Assembly: GCA_965215015.1 (NCBI GenBank)
Contig: OZ244042.1
Location: 1,856,001 to 1,920,000, forward strand
Origin: Candidatus Poribacteria bacterium
Lineage (GTDB): Bacteria > Poribacteria > WGA-4E > PCPOR2b
Reading direction: 5' to 3'
DNA length: 64,000 nucleotides
The position numbers and the translations under genes were made by a program. Of this stretch, positions 48,043-57,800 are shown in pieces (position 1 is the first letter of the stretch; every line of letters starts with the position of its first letter). The notes under the pieces are model-generated. The model saw only the letters and a list, made by a program, of their open reading frames with translations. It ran no database searches and had not been told where the DNA came from.

Positions 48043-49704
48043 TTAAATTAATCCCTTATTTTTTAGATACATCATCAGATTCTTCATTTCCCGGATGACT
48101 TTATCCTCCCTTGTGACCATCATGTTAAACAGGGTGCGCGGCGGGATGCTCCTCTGCCTCGCTGTGCCCCTAGAGGTCTTAGAGATAAAATCTCCGTAAC
48201 GTTCAGGTGCAATTCCCATATATTTGATTGAGAGATAATATTCCGAGGGTTGTCTTGTCACCCTGTCCTCAAGGATATTGCCGGTTTTCCTCCTACCGTA
48301 ACTGACGGTATAGCATCTGCCACTTGCTTTGTTGATAATTGTATATCCCGCCTCATCAATGGACTCATTCCAGCATTTCTCAAATCCATGTGTTGGCATG
48401 CGCTCCCTCAATTCCTGCGCCGACCGCATAACGACCCGTTCACGAACCGGGGCTCTTGTGATGAGCAGATCCGCCTCTTTGACCCTTTGCGGAACTGGTC
48501 CCTGCATCAGATAAACGTTATCCAAAGTATACACCACACCGCTGTTGAGGCCTTTTGCAAGGTTAAGATGTCTTTCAACAATATCCTTATTGAGAGGATG
48601 AAGCTGGTATTGACCATTTGAGTTAAAAACACGCCGCAATTCCCTGCGGCATTCAATGTCTGCATAACGGTCTTTTGGAATGGACGTTTCCACTTTTAGA
48701 TCGTAGTCTACAAACAGGTCATTTGTTGCATTGATTCGCGTTTCCTGCGTGTTTGCTAAGAGGGTTAAACCGGTCTGACTTTTGGACAGGACTCGACCGA
48801 TGAGGTTATCCTGTCGTAACATGCGTATCTTTTGAGAGATCAGATCAAGCGTAGGGGCGTCCATATCCTCAATCATAATTTTATGTTCCCAGCGTGTGCC
48901 TCTTTCATGGGCAAGGATTTGGAGTTGTTGCATCTGACCATTCGAGTGGATATATCCCAATACCGTCCACGGATCAAAAGTGGTGCGGTACCCTGCCGCC
49001 GCTTTGGAAATATCACTTGCTAGCACACAGTCTCGCCTTTCATATCGTGAATAGATGCCAAACTGAAATTCCAACTGATTGAACGGTTCTAACGCCTCTA
49101 GGAGATCCGTGGCGAACGCTGAACCTTGGGGAAAGGCTTCAAAGATGGATCGAGTTTGTGCAGGATAGTTTAGGGCGTCGAGGAATTTTCCGATTGGAAT
49201 CCCCTGTATATTATCACTCTCGCCACCAAAAACCTTGGTTTTGGTCTTAAAAGGGGGATTCCGTAAAAACAGATCGCGTTGAGAGACTAGTTGTAATGCC
49301 GGGTCATCTGACACGCCTTTGAGGGTGGGAGCATCTCCGAAAACTTCTTCTTGAATCGTATTATCTACGTTTTCAGTTGATTCGATACCGCGTTTGACTT
49401 CGGCAAAATCGACGATGTCACTTAAGTTGTAACGGAGGGGCGCACTTGAAGCTTGGTTATCATAGTTAAATCGGCGAAATCGTATCCTTGGCTTAATCCG
49501 AAAAACAGGGATGAGACCGTAATCTTTCAATAACGCATACAGGGTGACTGTATAGGATTCGGCATGTATTTTTCGCTCTAAAATCCCGTTGTGTGTGGAA
49601 CTTCCTTTGCCTAAACCGTCTTCTCGAATTAAGTGTTCTTGGATGGGATCGCTGTCATTGCCAAAAATCATCATTCGGTGCTCTTCTCTGCTATCGTCTA
49701 CCAT
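48043..49704 (-). CDS. Hypothetical protein with VTC/CYTH (triphosphate tunnel)-like domain
   Basis: Ordered motifs REEHR, RIRFRRFNY, FAEVKR, RYERR, YRTTFD, WEHK, LSK; GGGAGGG RBS. Confidence 0.6.
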   Translation of the reverse strand: MVDDSREEHRMMIFGNDSDPIQEHLIREDGLGKGSSTHNGILERKIHAESYTVTLYALLKDYGLIPVFRIKPRIRFRRFNYDNQASSAPLRYNLSDIVDFAEVKRGIESTENVDNTIQEEVFGDAPTLKGVSDDPALQLVSQRDLFLRNPPFKTKTKVFGGESDNIQGIPIGKFLDALNYPAQTRSIFEAFPQGSAFATDLLEALEPFNQLEFQFGIYSRYERRDCVLASDISKAAAGYRTTFDPWTVLGYIHSNGQMQQLQILAHERGTRWEHKIMIEDMDAPTLDLISQKIRMLRQDNLIGRVLSKSQTGLTLLANTQETRINATNDLFVDYDLKVETSIPKDRYADIECRRELRRVFNSNGQYQLHPLNKDIVERHLNLAKGLNSGVVYTLDNVYLMQGPVPQRVKEADLLITRAPVRERVVMRSAQELRERMPTHGFEKCWNESIDEAGYTIINKASGRCYTVSYGRRKTGNILEDRVTRQPSEYYLSIKYMGIAPERYGDFISKTSRGTARQRSIPPRTLFNMMVTREDKVIREMKNLMMYLKNKGLI

Positions 49705-49807
49705 TTATAGTCCCTCCCCTATTGAAGTAATCCGAGACATAATTGGAATTGAAATTATACCATGAACTGATGACAGAATAAGAAAAAAATTAAATATTCA
49801 AATCTCT

Positions 49808-50077
49808 TAGGAGTTACGCAGTTGAGTTTGTCATAACACAATCTATCGCGCCTCTTTAAGATAGTAGGCATACTCCGCGTGCTGCACAAAGATTACTGCT
49901 TACTACTTTGGGATGAACTGTCGCCGCCCGATTCCTCGGGTGTTAAGAGGTCTGTTCACCGGCGATGAATCACCGAGTATACCATGACTCTAGCGCACGA
50001 GTCATGGCTCAACCCACTATGACCATTGCACTCCCTTTTATGGTATTAACTCCGAGGGGACAACGGCGTAAGTCCTA
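49808..50077 (+). mobile_element. Complete MITE family B (270 bp)
   Basis: TAGGAGTTACGCA ... GCGTAAGTCCTA. Confidence 0.78.
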
Positions 50078-50096
50078 TCTCTTTTACCACGATGCA

Positions 50097-51536
50097 CTAG
50101 TCGAATACCTCTACTTGTGGGGTATAGGACATATCTTCATCAAGTGGGTAAATCGGTCGCCGAACGAATTTGTGACCCAACGTCTTAATATTGGGACTTG
50201 CTGCGCCCGGGACATCAATAGTCATGTTGCGGACAGCCCACTCGTCATAGAATTCATAGGGTGTATGCGGCAGCTTCTGGATAATAACATCAAACGTCTT
50301 TGGATCCTGACCAACAGCGGGATACAGCCACCGATCACACAGTATGCCGCCTTGGGGAGCGGCAACGATAGAGATGTTGCCTGTCCTAAGAACGGCTATA
50401 GGTACACTGTCTCTTATAGCGAGGGCTTCCACTGTGACCTCTACATCTATCGGGGTAAAACGGGGGTCTCTCGTGCCGCCGAGCGGTACAGCGATGCTAC
50501 TACCTAAACCCGCCTCCATAGCTTTCTCAACCGCCGGTTCATCTCGGATAGGAAAAAGCACCCGGCCCGTGTAGTCGCTCTCCAAAAACCCTTTTAAGAT
50601 CGCATTGCTGGTTCCCGGTGCCCCAGAGCTTGTGGCATCAGCAGCGTCTGAAAAGACAACCGCTCCGTCCGCTTTCTTCGCATTTTCGATCGCCTGCTCC
50701 ACACTGTACAGGACACACTGCATCCGTTCGCGCATATCCCAAAAGTTCTGACCGATTCGCATCGCTTCCCGTTCAGCCAATTTCCTGTTATTATCGGTGA
50801 CAACAATGATTCGAGATCCCTGCTCCGGGCAGTCCGTAGGTGGGTGCCCCAGCATGATGCCCGCTGCCAAGACATCGTCCCGTTCTTCGAGCCGTTCAAG
50901 GTGCCGGATAAATGTGCCATGTACGCCGGTCGCGGTCTTGAGTTCGTCACCGCGTACCATGGTGGGTGTATACACACTGCCGATAATCGGCTTCGCACCG
51001 TCAAGGATACTCAGTAGCATTGTGGCTGTCCGTTCGCCCAACTGATACCAGTCAATGTGCGGATAGGTGTGCAGAATGGCGGCACCGTCAATAAGCCCCA
51101 ACATGCGTCGAGTGACAGTGCCGTGCATGTCAAGAGAAATGACGATGGGGACATCCGGTCCCAAGATTTTACGGGTTTCTTGAAGGATATAGCCCTCTGG
51201 GTCCTTCTCTACTTCGGCGGCCATTGCCCCGTGCATAGCGAAAAACAGCGCGTCTGCGCCAGTACTGTTTTTCTCAATCGTTTCCAAGCACTCTCCAGTG
51301 ATTCGCTCAAAACATTCGTGAGTGATTGTGCCACCCGCACCCATACTAGCTCCATAAGTCGGCACAACTTCCAAGCCGGACCGTTGAGAAAAAATATTCA
51401 GCGCACCGTTGATATCCGCACGACCGGCATCAAATAAATCCCGGCCGAAGTGGACACTAAAATCCTCATACGTGGTAGGATTGGGGTGGAACGAATTGGT
51501 TTCTTGGAAGTAATTGGCAACGATAATTTTAGGCAT
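50097..51536 (-). CDS. M81 family metallopeptidase (MlrC-like)
   Basis: QETNSF, MHGAM, DPEG, LDMHG, TYPHID, D.ADA..GAPG. Confidence 0.9.
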   Translation of the reverse strand: MPKIIVANYFQETNSFHPNPTTYEDFSVHFGRDLFDAGRADINGALNIFSQRSGLEVVPTYGASMGAGGTITHECFERITGECLETIEKNSTGADALFFAMHGAMAAEVEKDPEGYILQETRKILGPDVPIVISLDMHGTVTRRMLGLIDGAAILHTYPHIDWYQLGERTATMLLSILDGAKPIIGSVYTPTMVRGDELKTATGVHGTFIRHLERLEERDDVLAAGIMLGHPPTDCPEQGSRIIVVTDNNRKLAEREAMRIGQNFWDMRERMQCVLYSVEQAIENAKKADGAVVFSDAADATSSGAPGTSNAILKGFLESDYTGRVLFPIRDEPAVEKAMEAGLGSSIAVPLGGTRDPRFTPIDVEVTVEALAIRDSVPIAVLRTGNISIVAAPQGGILCDRWLYPAVGQDPKTFDVIIQKLPHTPYEFYDEWAVRNMTIDVPGAASPNIKTLGHKFVRRPIYPLDEDMSYTPQVEVFD

Positions 51537-51652
51537 GACATTCCTTTTTGGTTAAACAGTGACTTTATCCCTTACGTCAATATATCCGAATTCTGTTGTC
51601 TCCAAGGGTTCTTTTCTTCAAAGAAGGAAGTTCAACATCCACTCCACATATT

Positions 51653-51891
51653 TGAGGGGTGCTCATCAATATTGTCTGAAGCGCGGATTCAGCAGATGGC
51701 GCAGATTGCACGGATACAGATAGGGGGCTCAGGCAGTAGATGAGGCAAGATGCCCTACCTATGGGGATGGAGATATTTTGTTTTTCCCCATTCGGCGTGC
51801 GAGTTTAGAGGGGTTAGCCAAGCCATAGGCGATAACGGTTATGTGGTTTACGGCACACGGATCGTGCCTACCCCTTTATGAGCACCTATCA
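51653..51891 (+). mobile_element. Complete MITE family A (239 bp)
   Basis: Terminal inverted repeats TGAGGGGTGCTCAT ... ATGAGCACCTATCA. Confidence 0.82.
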
Positions 51892-52189
51892 AATAACTTT
51901 CGATTAACGGGAGGGAAGCCAAACTCATGACCCTCATAGATTTTATCAATTGTTCTGCCGGGTAGATGATAAACTGACAAAACACGACAAAAACCAAAAA
52001 CATACACAAGCCAATCTCTATCCTTCTGAAGTCGTTACTCTAGTGTTTCGCGCCTTCTGTTTGACTGCCACCCTTTTCTATCAATTAAAGGACGCGTGCG
52101 CGTAAATCTGCTGAATGTGCCATAATCTTAACAGGATAGCATACCTTGGAAAAATAGTCTATTTATTTCTTAAATTTACTATAGTTGGA

Positions 52190-52445
52190 CAACCAGAATC
52201 TATCGCTGTTGAGAGCGAACTGTCTGAATTGAAGGAGATTCTTTCAAATGCTGAACCATTTTCTGGTGGATATTGTTCCTCAGAACTATCTGTTGGTAGA
52301 TGGCGGTGTGAAACGTGTCGACTTCGAGTACAGTAGCTTCGGGTGCTCGATTTCACCAATATCCTTGAGCGGGAGTATCAAGGGGAAATTTGAGATGTGT
52401 AGGCGTGAAGAATATGTTTTTCTTGACGAGTACACTCACCACTGA
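52190..52445 (+). pseudogene. Fragment of an APH/choline-kinase-like phosphotransferase
   Basis: AVESELSELKEILSNAEPF then a shifted frame VDIVPQNYLLVDGGVKRVDFEYSSFG (DxxPxN..DFE motifs). Confidence 0.5.
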
Positions 52446-52703
52446 TAAAATACACCTGTTGTTTACATCATTTTTCGGGGCGGGACACCTGTGTTGTCCC
52501 TTAACTTCACTTGTGAAGCAACACCCGTGGTTTATCTGTCTCCTCATTTCCACACAGTCATGCCAGACCAGTGTAAGCACACTAGTCGAGGAATGGCTTC
52601 AATACAGGGGCCAAAATGAAAGAATAGTCGTTAAAATCCAAAACAGAGAACGTATCAGATACATAATTATAGCACTAGAACACCGGAATGAGAGGCAGAA
52701 TAT

Positions 52704-53768
52704 ATGAATAAAGCAGGGCGCGGCTGGTCCCAGGCGAGTCAGATGAAGCCGGCAGCAGAATACGACATTCGATACGGTTCGGAACTGCTCAAAAAGGAAA
52801 GTTCCGGGTGGCCCCCTTACTTAATGGTGTCCACACCGACTGCGTACAGAACGGCACAATCCTATCTGTCCCAACCACCCGCAGGGGTAGCCTATGCAAT
52901 GTGGCTAGATTCTAAACACCAAAAAGAGATAAGCGAAAGTTTGCCCAATCATACAGAGTTGGTCGTTGGGATCGGCGGTGGACGGGCACTCGATGTTTCA
53001 AAGTTTGTCGCGTTGGATAAAGACCTGCCGCTTATCATGGTGCCGACGATTATATCCACGGGAGCGATTATCCATGGGGTTGTGGCAAAGTGGGACGGAC
53101 GAAAAATCGTCGGAGCTCTGGACGATTGGCCATGGGTGGACTGCGACCATGTTTTGGTGGATGACGACCTGATTCTCGAAGCTCCCTACTATCTGAATAC
53201 CGCGGGGCTCGGTGATATACTGTGTGGTTATGCGGCACCCGCAGAATGGCGTTGGCGTTCCAAGAACGGTTTGGTACCGCCCTGCGACGAAGCAGTGATT
53301 ACTGAAGCCCTCAATCACCACGAAGAAATCACGCGAGAATTTGAAGCGACCCTCGATACGAACGGAAAGTTAACGGGGAAAAGTGTACAGCATATTATGA
53401 AAAGTGTGCAAGAACGTGACGCCCGATGGATTCAACGACCAGAGGCGGAGAGCGGAGACCACCCCTTCTGGCTCGCCCTAGAAGAGAAGCATAACACGAG
53501 CTACATCCACGGAGAGATGGTCGCATTCAGCGCAATCATCATCGCTTGGCAATGTGACGAACAACCTGAAATTCTGACGGATCGGCTAGATCGATGCAAG
53601 GTGCGCCGACGACCAAGAGAGGTAGGAATAAGCCGCGAGGAACTTCGTGTGGGACTAGAATTTGCGCCGAGTTACATGGAGAGAAAGGATATCAACACCA
53701 TCCTACGGCATCAGCCCATTACAGGGGCGCAATTTGATCAGCTTTGGGAGTTCTTAGAAACCAGCTAA
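52704..53768 (+). CDS. Glycerol-1-phosphate/glycerol dehydrogenase-like (DHQS/Fe-ADH fold) protein
   Basis: GIGGGRALDVSK, VPT, AGLGD, SGDH, HGEMVA. Confidence 0.75.
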   Translation: MNKAGRGWSQASQMKPAAEYDIRYGSELLKKESSGWPPYLMVSTPTAYRTAQSYLSQPPAGVAYAMWLDSKHQKEISESLPNHTELVVGIGGGRALDVSKFVALDKDLPLIMVPTIISTGAIIHGVVAKWDGRKIVGALDDWPWVDCDHVLVDDDLILEAPYYLNTAGLGDILCGYAAPAEWRWRSKNGLVPPCDEAVITEALNHHEEITREFEATLDTNGKLTGKSVQHIMKSVQERDARWIQRPEAESGDHPFWLALEEKHNTSYIHGEMVAFSAIIIAWQCDEQPEILTDRLDRCKVRRRPREVGISREELRVGLEFAPSYMERKDINTILRHQPITGAQFDQLWEFLETS

Positions 53769-53791
53769 TGAATCACACCGAGAGGAAACTT

Positions 53792-54592
53792 ATGATGAAC
53801 AGATCGCGTGTTCACGATAACGAAAAGGATATATCCACCTCCCAAGGCCTCCACCCTATCCCCGATCGATTGGTTGTATTAACCTTCGATGATGGCAACA
53901 AGTCGGACGCCACCTATGTTGCACCGTTACTGAAACGTTATGGCTTCGGCGCAACCTTTTTTATCACAGAGGGACTCAACTTTCTTAAAAACAAGGCACA
54001 CTATGTGACATGGGAAGAGGTTAAGGAGCTGCACGAAGCCGGTTTTGAAATCGGCAACCACACGCGCCATCACAAAAATGTGAATAACCAATCAAGCGAA
54101 GAACTGTTCGCGGACCTACAACACATCGATCTACGGTGCAAGGAGCACGGCATCCCTGTACCTGAGACATTCTGTTATCCAGGGTATTCTAACGGACCTG
54201 ATGCTGTGAAAGTCCTAACCGAGAGAGGCTTCCTCTTTGCGCGACGCGGCATTGCACCTGAGTTTCCTTACGATTCCGAGGGAGGCAGAGGGGCCGCATA
54301 CAACCCATCGAAACATCATCCGCTGCTCATCCCGACGACAGGGGCCTCAGGACCACGCTGGACGTTTGATGATTTGGTCTGGGCACTTGAGGGAGCAAGA
54401 GATGGACAGATTGCTGTCTTGACCTTCCACGGCGTACCTGCCTTGGAGCACCCTTGGGTCAATACCGAGCCAGAAGCATTTGAAACCTACATGGATTATC
54501 TTCACGACAATGACTGTACTGTCATTTCCCTGCGGGACTTGGCAAAATACGTTGCCCCTGTCCAAGACAGGGATCTTCAATGCTATTACTAA
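53792..54592 (+). CDS. Polysaccharide deacetylase (CE4/NodB)
   Basis: LTFDDG, ATFF, EIGNHTRHH, FCYPG, LTFHG. Confidence 0.9.
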   Translation: MMNRSRVHDNEKDISTSQGLHPIPDRLVVLTFDDGNKSDATYVAPLLKRYGFGATFFITEGLNFLKNKAHYVTWEEVKELHEAGFEIGNHTRHHKNVNNQSSEELFADLQHIDLRCKEHGIPVPETFCYPGYSNGPDAVKVLTERGFLFARRGIAPEFPYDSEGGRGAAYNPSKHHPLLIPTTGASGPRWTFDDLVWALEGARDGQIAVLTFHGVPALEHPWVNTEPEAFETYMDYLHDNDCTVISLRDLAKYVAPVQDRDLQCYY

Positions 54593-54637
54593 ACTACTTG
54601 CATTCCAATAGGAAATTTTTAACCCAACGGAGAGAAT

Positions 54638-55618
54638 ATGATGTTAACAGGACGAATCAAATATTACAACTCAGACAAAGGATATGGGTTCATCGCTCAA
54701 GATACCGGTGAAGGGGATGTTTTTCTGCATGTATCTGCGATTCAGCGTGGATACGACGAAATCCACGTAGGACAGCGTGTTAGCTATGAGGTGGTTGTAG
54801 GCAATAAGGGGCCCGTTGCCCAAAACGTGAAAATCCTGCTGACCCCACTTGATCGGAAACGATTGAGACAAGGAAAAGTAGTGATACCTCGCGACTATAC
54901 TCCACCTCAGCAGCCGAGAGATAGTTCTGGGGAGAGGGTGTTCAGTCCGTCTCAAAGACCTACCCGACCCACACGGGCTGCCGCCTCCGCCCCACAAAAA
55001 CCCAAACAGCAGACAGAGGCTTCAAGTCTTAAAATAGCAACGTCTGAGCCGACTGAGGTCCCCCGAAATCAGAAACCTTCTCCTCCGCACACTCCCAAAC
55101 CGAAATCAGGCTCCACCCTTGATGAAAAACCAACCTTTGGCGATTCCTACATACAGAAGCAGATACGTCTTCAAACACCCATGTTTTTTGGATTATATAA
55201 CCATACACTGCTCCCCGCGACAGTTACCGAATTCACCAAATATGAATTCGTTTTACAAGGAGAAACAGAAAAACAAGAACTACCGAAAACCGATGTCAAA
55301 TACTGTTACAAAGCGGAGGTGGCTACGGATATACAGTCAATTATCCACTATAACGAAGATATTAGAACCCAAAATTTAAAACCCATAATACAACGCAGAA
55401 AACGCTATAGTATCAATACGCGAGCGATCGTACGAGCGCGGCGGGCTCGACACACAATTGAAGTCACGATGCTGGAAGGAGAAGTTTTCCGTGGATTGGT
55501 GGATTGGGTTAGCAGGTACGAAATTAAGATGATTTTAGAGAACGAATCAAAAATCCTTGTCTTTCGACACGCTATCTGCGATTTTAAGGTATTTCCATCG
55601 GAAGGGCAGGTGGAGTAA
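54638..55618 (+). CDS. Cold-shock domain protein fused to two Hfq/Sm-like domains
   Basis: KGYGFI (RNP1), VFLH (RNP2); Pro/Ser-rich linker; DSYI..TPMFFGLYN..ATVTEFTKYEFVL and IEVTMLEGEVFRGLVDWVSRYEIKM..ILVFRHAI. Confidence 0.8.
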   Translation: MMLTGRIKYYNSDKGYGFIAQDTGEGDVFLHVSAIQRGYDEIHVGQRVSYEVVVGNKGPVAQNVKILLTPLDRKRLRQGKVVIPRDYTPPQQPRDSSGERVFSPSQRPTRPTRAAASAPQKPKQQTEASSLKIATSEPTEVPRNQKPSPPHTPKPKSGSTLDEKPTFGDSYIQKQIRLQTPMFFGLYNHTLLPATVTEFTKYEFVLQGETEKQELPKTDVKYCYKAEVATDIQSIIHYNEDIRTQNLKPIIQRRKRYSINTRAIVRARRARHTIEVTMLEGEVFRGLVDWVSRYEIKMILENESKILVFRHAICDFKVFPSEGQVE

Positions 55619-55693
55619 TCATAACCGGAAACGATTGACAAACTACCCATAAAGAAAAAGTAGGAGAGAGAGCCGATTGATCAAAATGATTTA

Positions 55694-56014
55694 TCAACCG
55701 CGCACAGTTTCTGTTGGACTGGGTTGGAGCGAGCGAAGAAATTCAAATGTATAGATGCCTGTTTTGTGTCCGTCGCTCCAGATCAATCGAATCGCGTAAC
55801 GACCAACAAGCTGTATATCAACGATTGTAAGGTCTTTTGTCAACGAAGCGGGTAACAAGCGTAGCGGGTTTTTATCTGATTTCTCTGATTGGCACCGTGC
55901 ACATGGGCACTTTTGACGCAGCAGTTGATAGGAATACAACCCTTGGCGTCCATCGTTCCATTGAACACTTATTCCGTCTGAGAGGCGTTGAATCTGGGTC
56001 GGTTGAGGTGTCAT
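55694..56014 (-). CDS. DUF971 / GBBH-N-like zinc-binding domain protein
   Basis: W.DG, LRQKCPCARC, VGRYAI...WSDGHKTGIY. Confidence 0.88.
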   Translation of the reverse strand: MTPQPTQIQRLSDGISVQWNDGRQGLYSYQLLRQKCPCARCQSEKSDKNPLRLLPASLTKDLTIVDIQLVGRYAIRLIWSDGHKTGIYTFEFLRSLQPSPTETVRG

Positions 56015-56123
56015 TTACAGGCGACTTCGCGATATCTGTAGGGACTAGCAGGGTGGTAGACACCTTAAGATTGAGGCTTTTGCCAAAACACAGGCTCACG
56101 CCTCGACATTTGGTAATATGCTA

Positions 56124-56381
56124 TTATTGGAAGTAGTCAGCGTTTAACTGGATAAAACGCTCCCATTCTTCGGGAACCTCGTCATCTATAAAAATCGCCT
56201 CGACCGGACATTCCGGCTCACACACACCGCAATCAATGCACTCCACTGGATCGATAAAAAGCTGGTTTTGATTCTCAAAGTCGTCTGAGTCTGAGGTTGG
56301 ATGAATGCAGTCAACGGGGCAAACATCGACACAGGCAGTATCCTTGACATCGATGCAAGGTTCGGTGATGACGTAGGTCAT
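56124..56381 (-). CDS. fdxA: 7Fe ([3Fe-4S][4Fe-4S]) ferredoxin, copy 2
   Basis: [18 protein letters not shown] and [12 protein letters not shown]; AGGAGG RBS. Confidence 0.93.
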   Translation of the reverse strand: MTYVITEPCIDVKDTACVDVCPVDCIHPTSDSDDFENQNQLFIDPVECIDCGVCEPECPVEAIFIDDEVPEEWERFIQLNADYFQ

Positions 56382-56537
56382 CGGTTTTATCCTCCTGTTT
56401 CATTCGGAAATTACGATATTAAGATGACTGTAAAGAACCAATTAAGAATCGTTATTGAAACAGCATAAGTGCCTATTTCATCTGCGAATCTATAACGTCA
56501 ACCAACCCCCGGACCATTATACTATTTACGGTATCCC

Positions 56538-56600
56538 AAAAACGGGCAGCAATTGGAACTTTGCACTCAAATTCGACTCCAATCGCTACCCGTTTTAAAT
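56538..56600 (-). terminator. Long hairpin between the two ferredoxins
   Basis: AAAACGGG.AGC.ATTGGA ... TCCAAT.GCT.CCCGTTTT. Confidence 0.6.
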
Positions 56601-56614
56601 TTTATAGTGCTTTA

Positions 56615-56872
56615 TTATTGAAAGTAATCAGCGTTTAACTGGGTGAAGTGCTCCCATTCTTCGGGGACATCTTCATCTATGAAAATTGCCTCGACCGGAC
56701 ATTCCGGCTCACACACACCGCAATCAATGCACTCCACTGGATCGATAAACAGCTGGTTTTGATTCTCAAAGTCGTCTGAGTCTGAGGTTGGATGAATGCA
56801 GTCAACAGGGCAAACATCAACACAGGCAGTATCCTTGACATCGATGCAAGGTTCGGTGATGACGTAGGTCAT
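56615..56872 (-). CDS. fdxA: 7Fe ferredoxin, copy 1
   Basis: Differs from copy 2 at only four C-terminal residues. Confidence 0.93.
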   Translation of the reverse strand: MTYVITEPCIDVKDTACVDVCPVDCIHPTSDSDDFENQNQLFIDPVECIDCGVCEPECPVEAIFIDEDVPEEWEHFTQLNADYFQ

Positions 56873-57436
56873 CGGTTTTATCCTCCTGTTTCATTCGGAA
56901 ATGAAGTTATTGAAAATTATATTATTGAAAATTGACGATTAAACCCTCCTAACCTGATGCAAATAATTCAGGCCTTTTATTAAGCTGGGGAATAATCAAA
57001 ACGTCGGTGTTTTCAGTTCAATAAGGTCAGTTAATCATATCATATCTATTAACGTTTGTCAAATAGATCTCACAGCGGTTATCAATAACCTGAATCGCCA
57101 CTTAATGATAGAAGCAAGTAAGTTGAAGTAAGTTGAAGAAATGTGAGACTGAGCGAATAGCTTGGGGGTTCTCTATCATTCTCCTGCGGTGTTAAATCTG
57201 TACAATTTGTGTTGGACCAACATTCTCGAGACCTCTCCTCTCGAATTCCGCTTCCCCCAGACGGTCGATCGGTATTTTGAAATATTGAAACCATCTGAGG
57301 AGTACCTCTCTCACTGCCAATATGTTGCACGACACGCCGAGCTCATTCAACCTGGTACCCTAGCCCAATGCTGTGAGTATCTCCGGGGTTCAAAGCCATC
57401 TGAATCAGGATTTTCAGGATGAAATAACTCACGTTC

Positions 57437-57715
57437 CTCTGCGATTAGCCTGATTAGCCAATGTGAGCCTTCCTCAGATCAATCCCCCTGTTCGTAGTAT
57501 CGCAATTCATTGCGCGTTTTTTGGCATCCGTGTGCTCTGCGCTTAGCCGGATTAGCCAATGTGATTCCTTCTCATATTAATCGCCCTGTCCGTAGTATCG
57601 CAATTCATTGCGCGTTTTTTGGCATCCGTGTGCTCTGCGCTTAGCCGGATTAGCCAATGTGATTCCTTCTCATATTAATCGCCCTGTTCGTAGTAGCGCA
57701 ATTCATTGCGCGTTC
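57437..57715. repeat. 98-bp tandem repeat (about 2.8 copies) carrying a GTAG-type REP
   Basis: TTAGCC starts at 57445, 57543, 57641; each unit contains GTAGTA(T/G)CGCAATTCATTGCGCG, also at 3375. Confidence 0.92.
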
Positions 57716-57800
57716 GTTGCTATCTGTGTCCTCCGCCTAACTATGATGCCTCAGGATTCTGCAGTGGAAAGGTAGAGATTGTTTTTTCATCAGTACCACT

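Noticed and set aside
57082-57422. Two short overlapping ORFs upstream of the ferredoxins
   Set aside because: No recognisable motifs or convincing RBS; cannot be supported
57437-57715. Regularly spaced repeats as a CRISPR array
   Set aside because: The whole 98-bp unit repeats; there are no unique spacers
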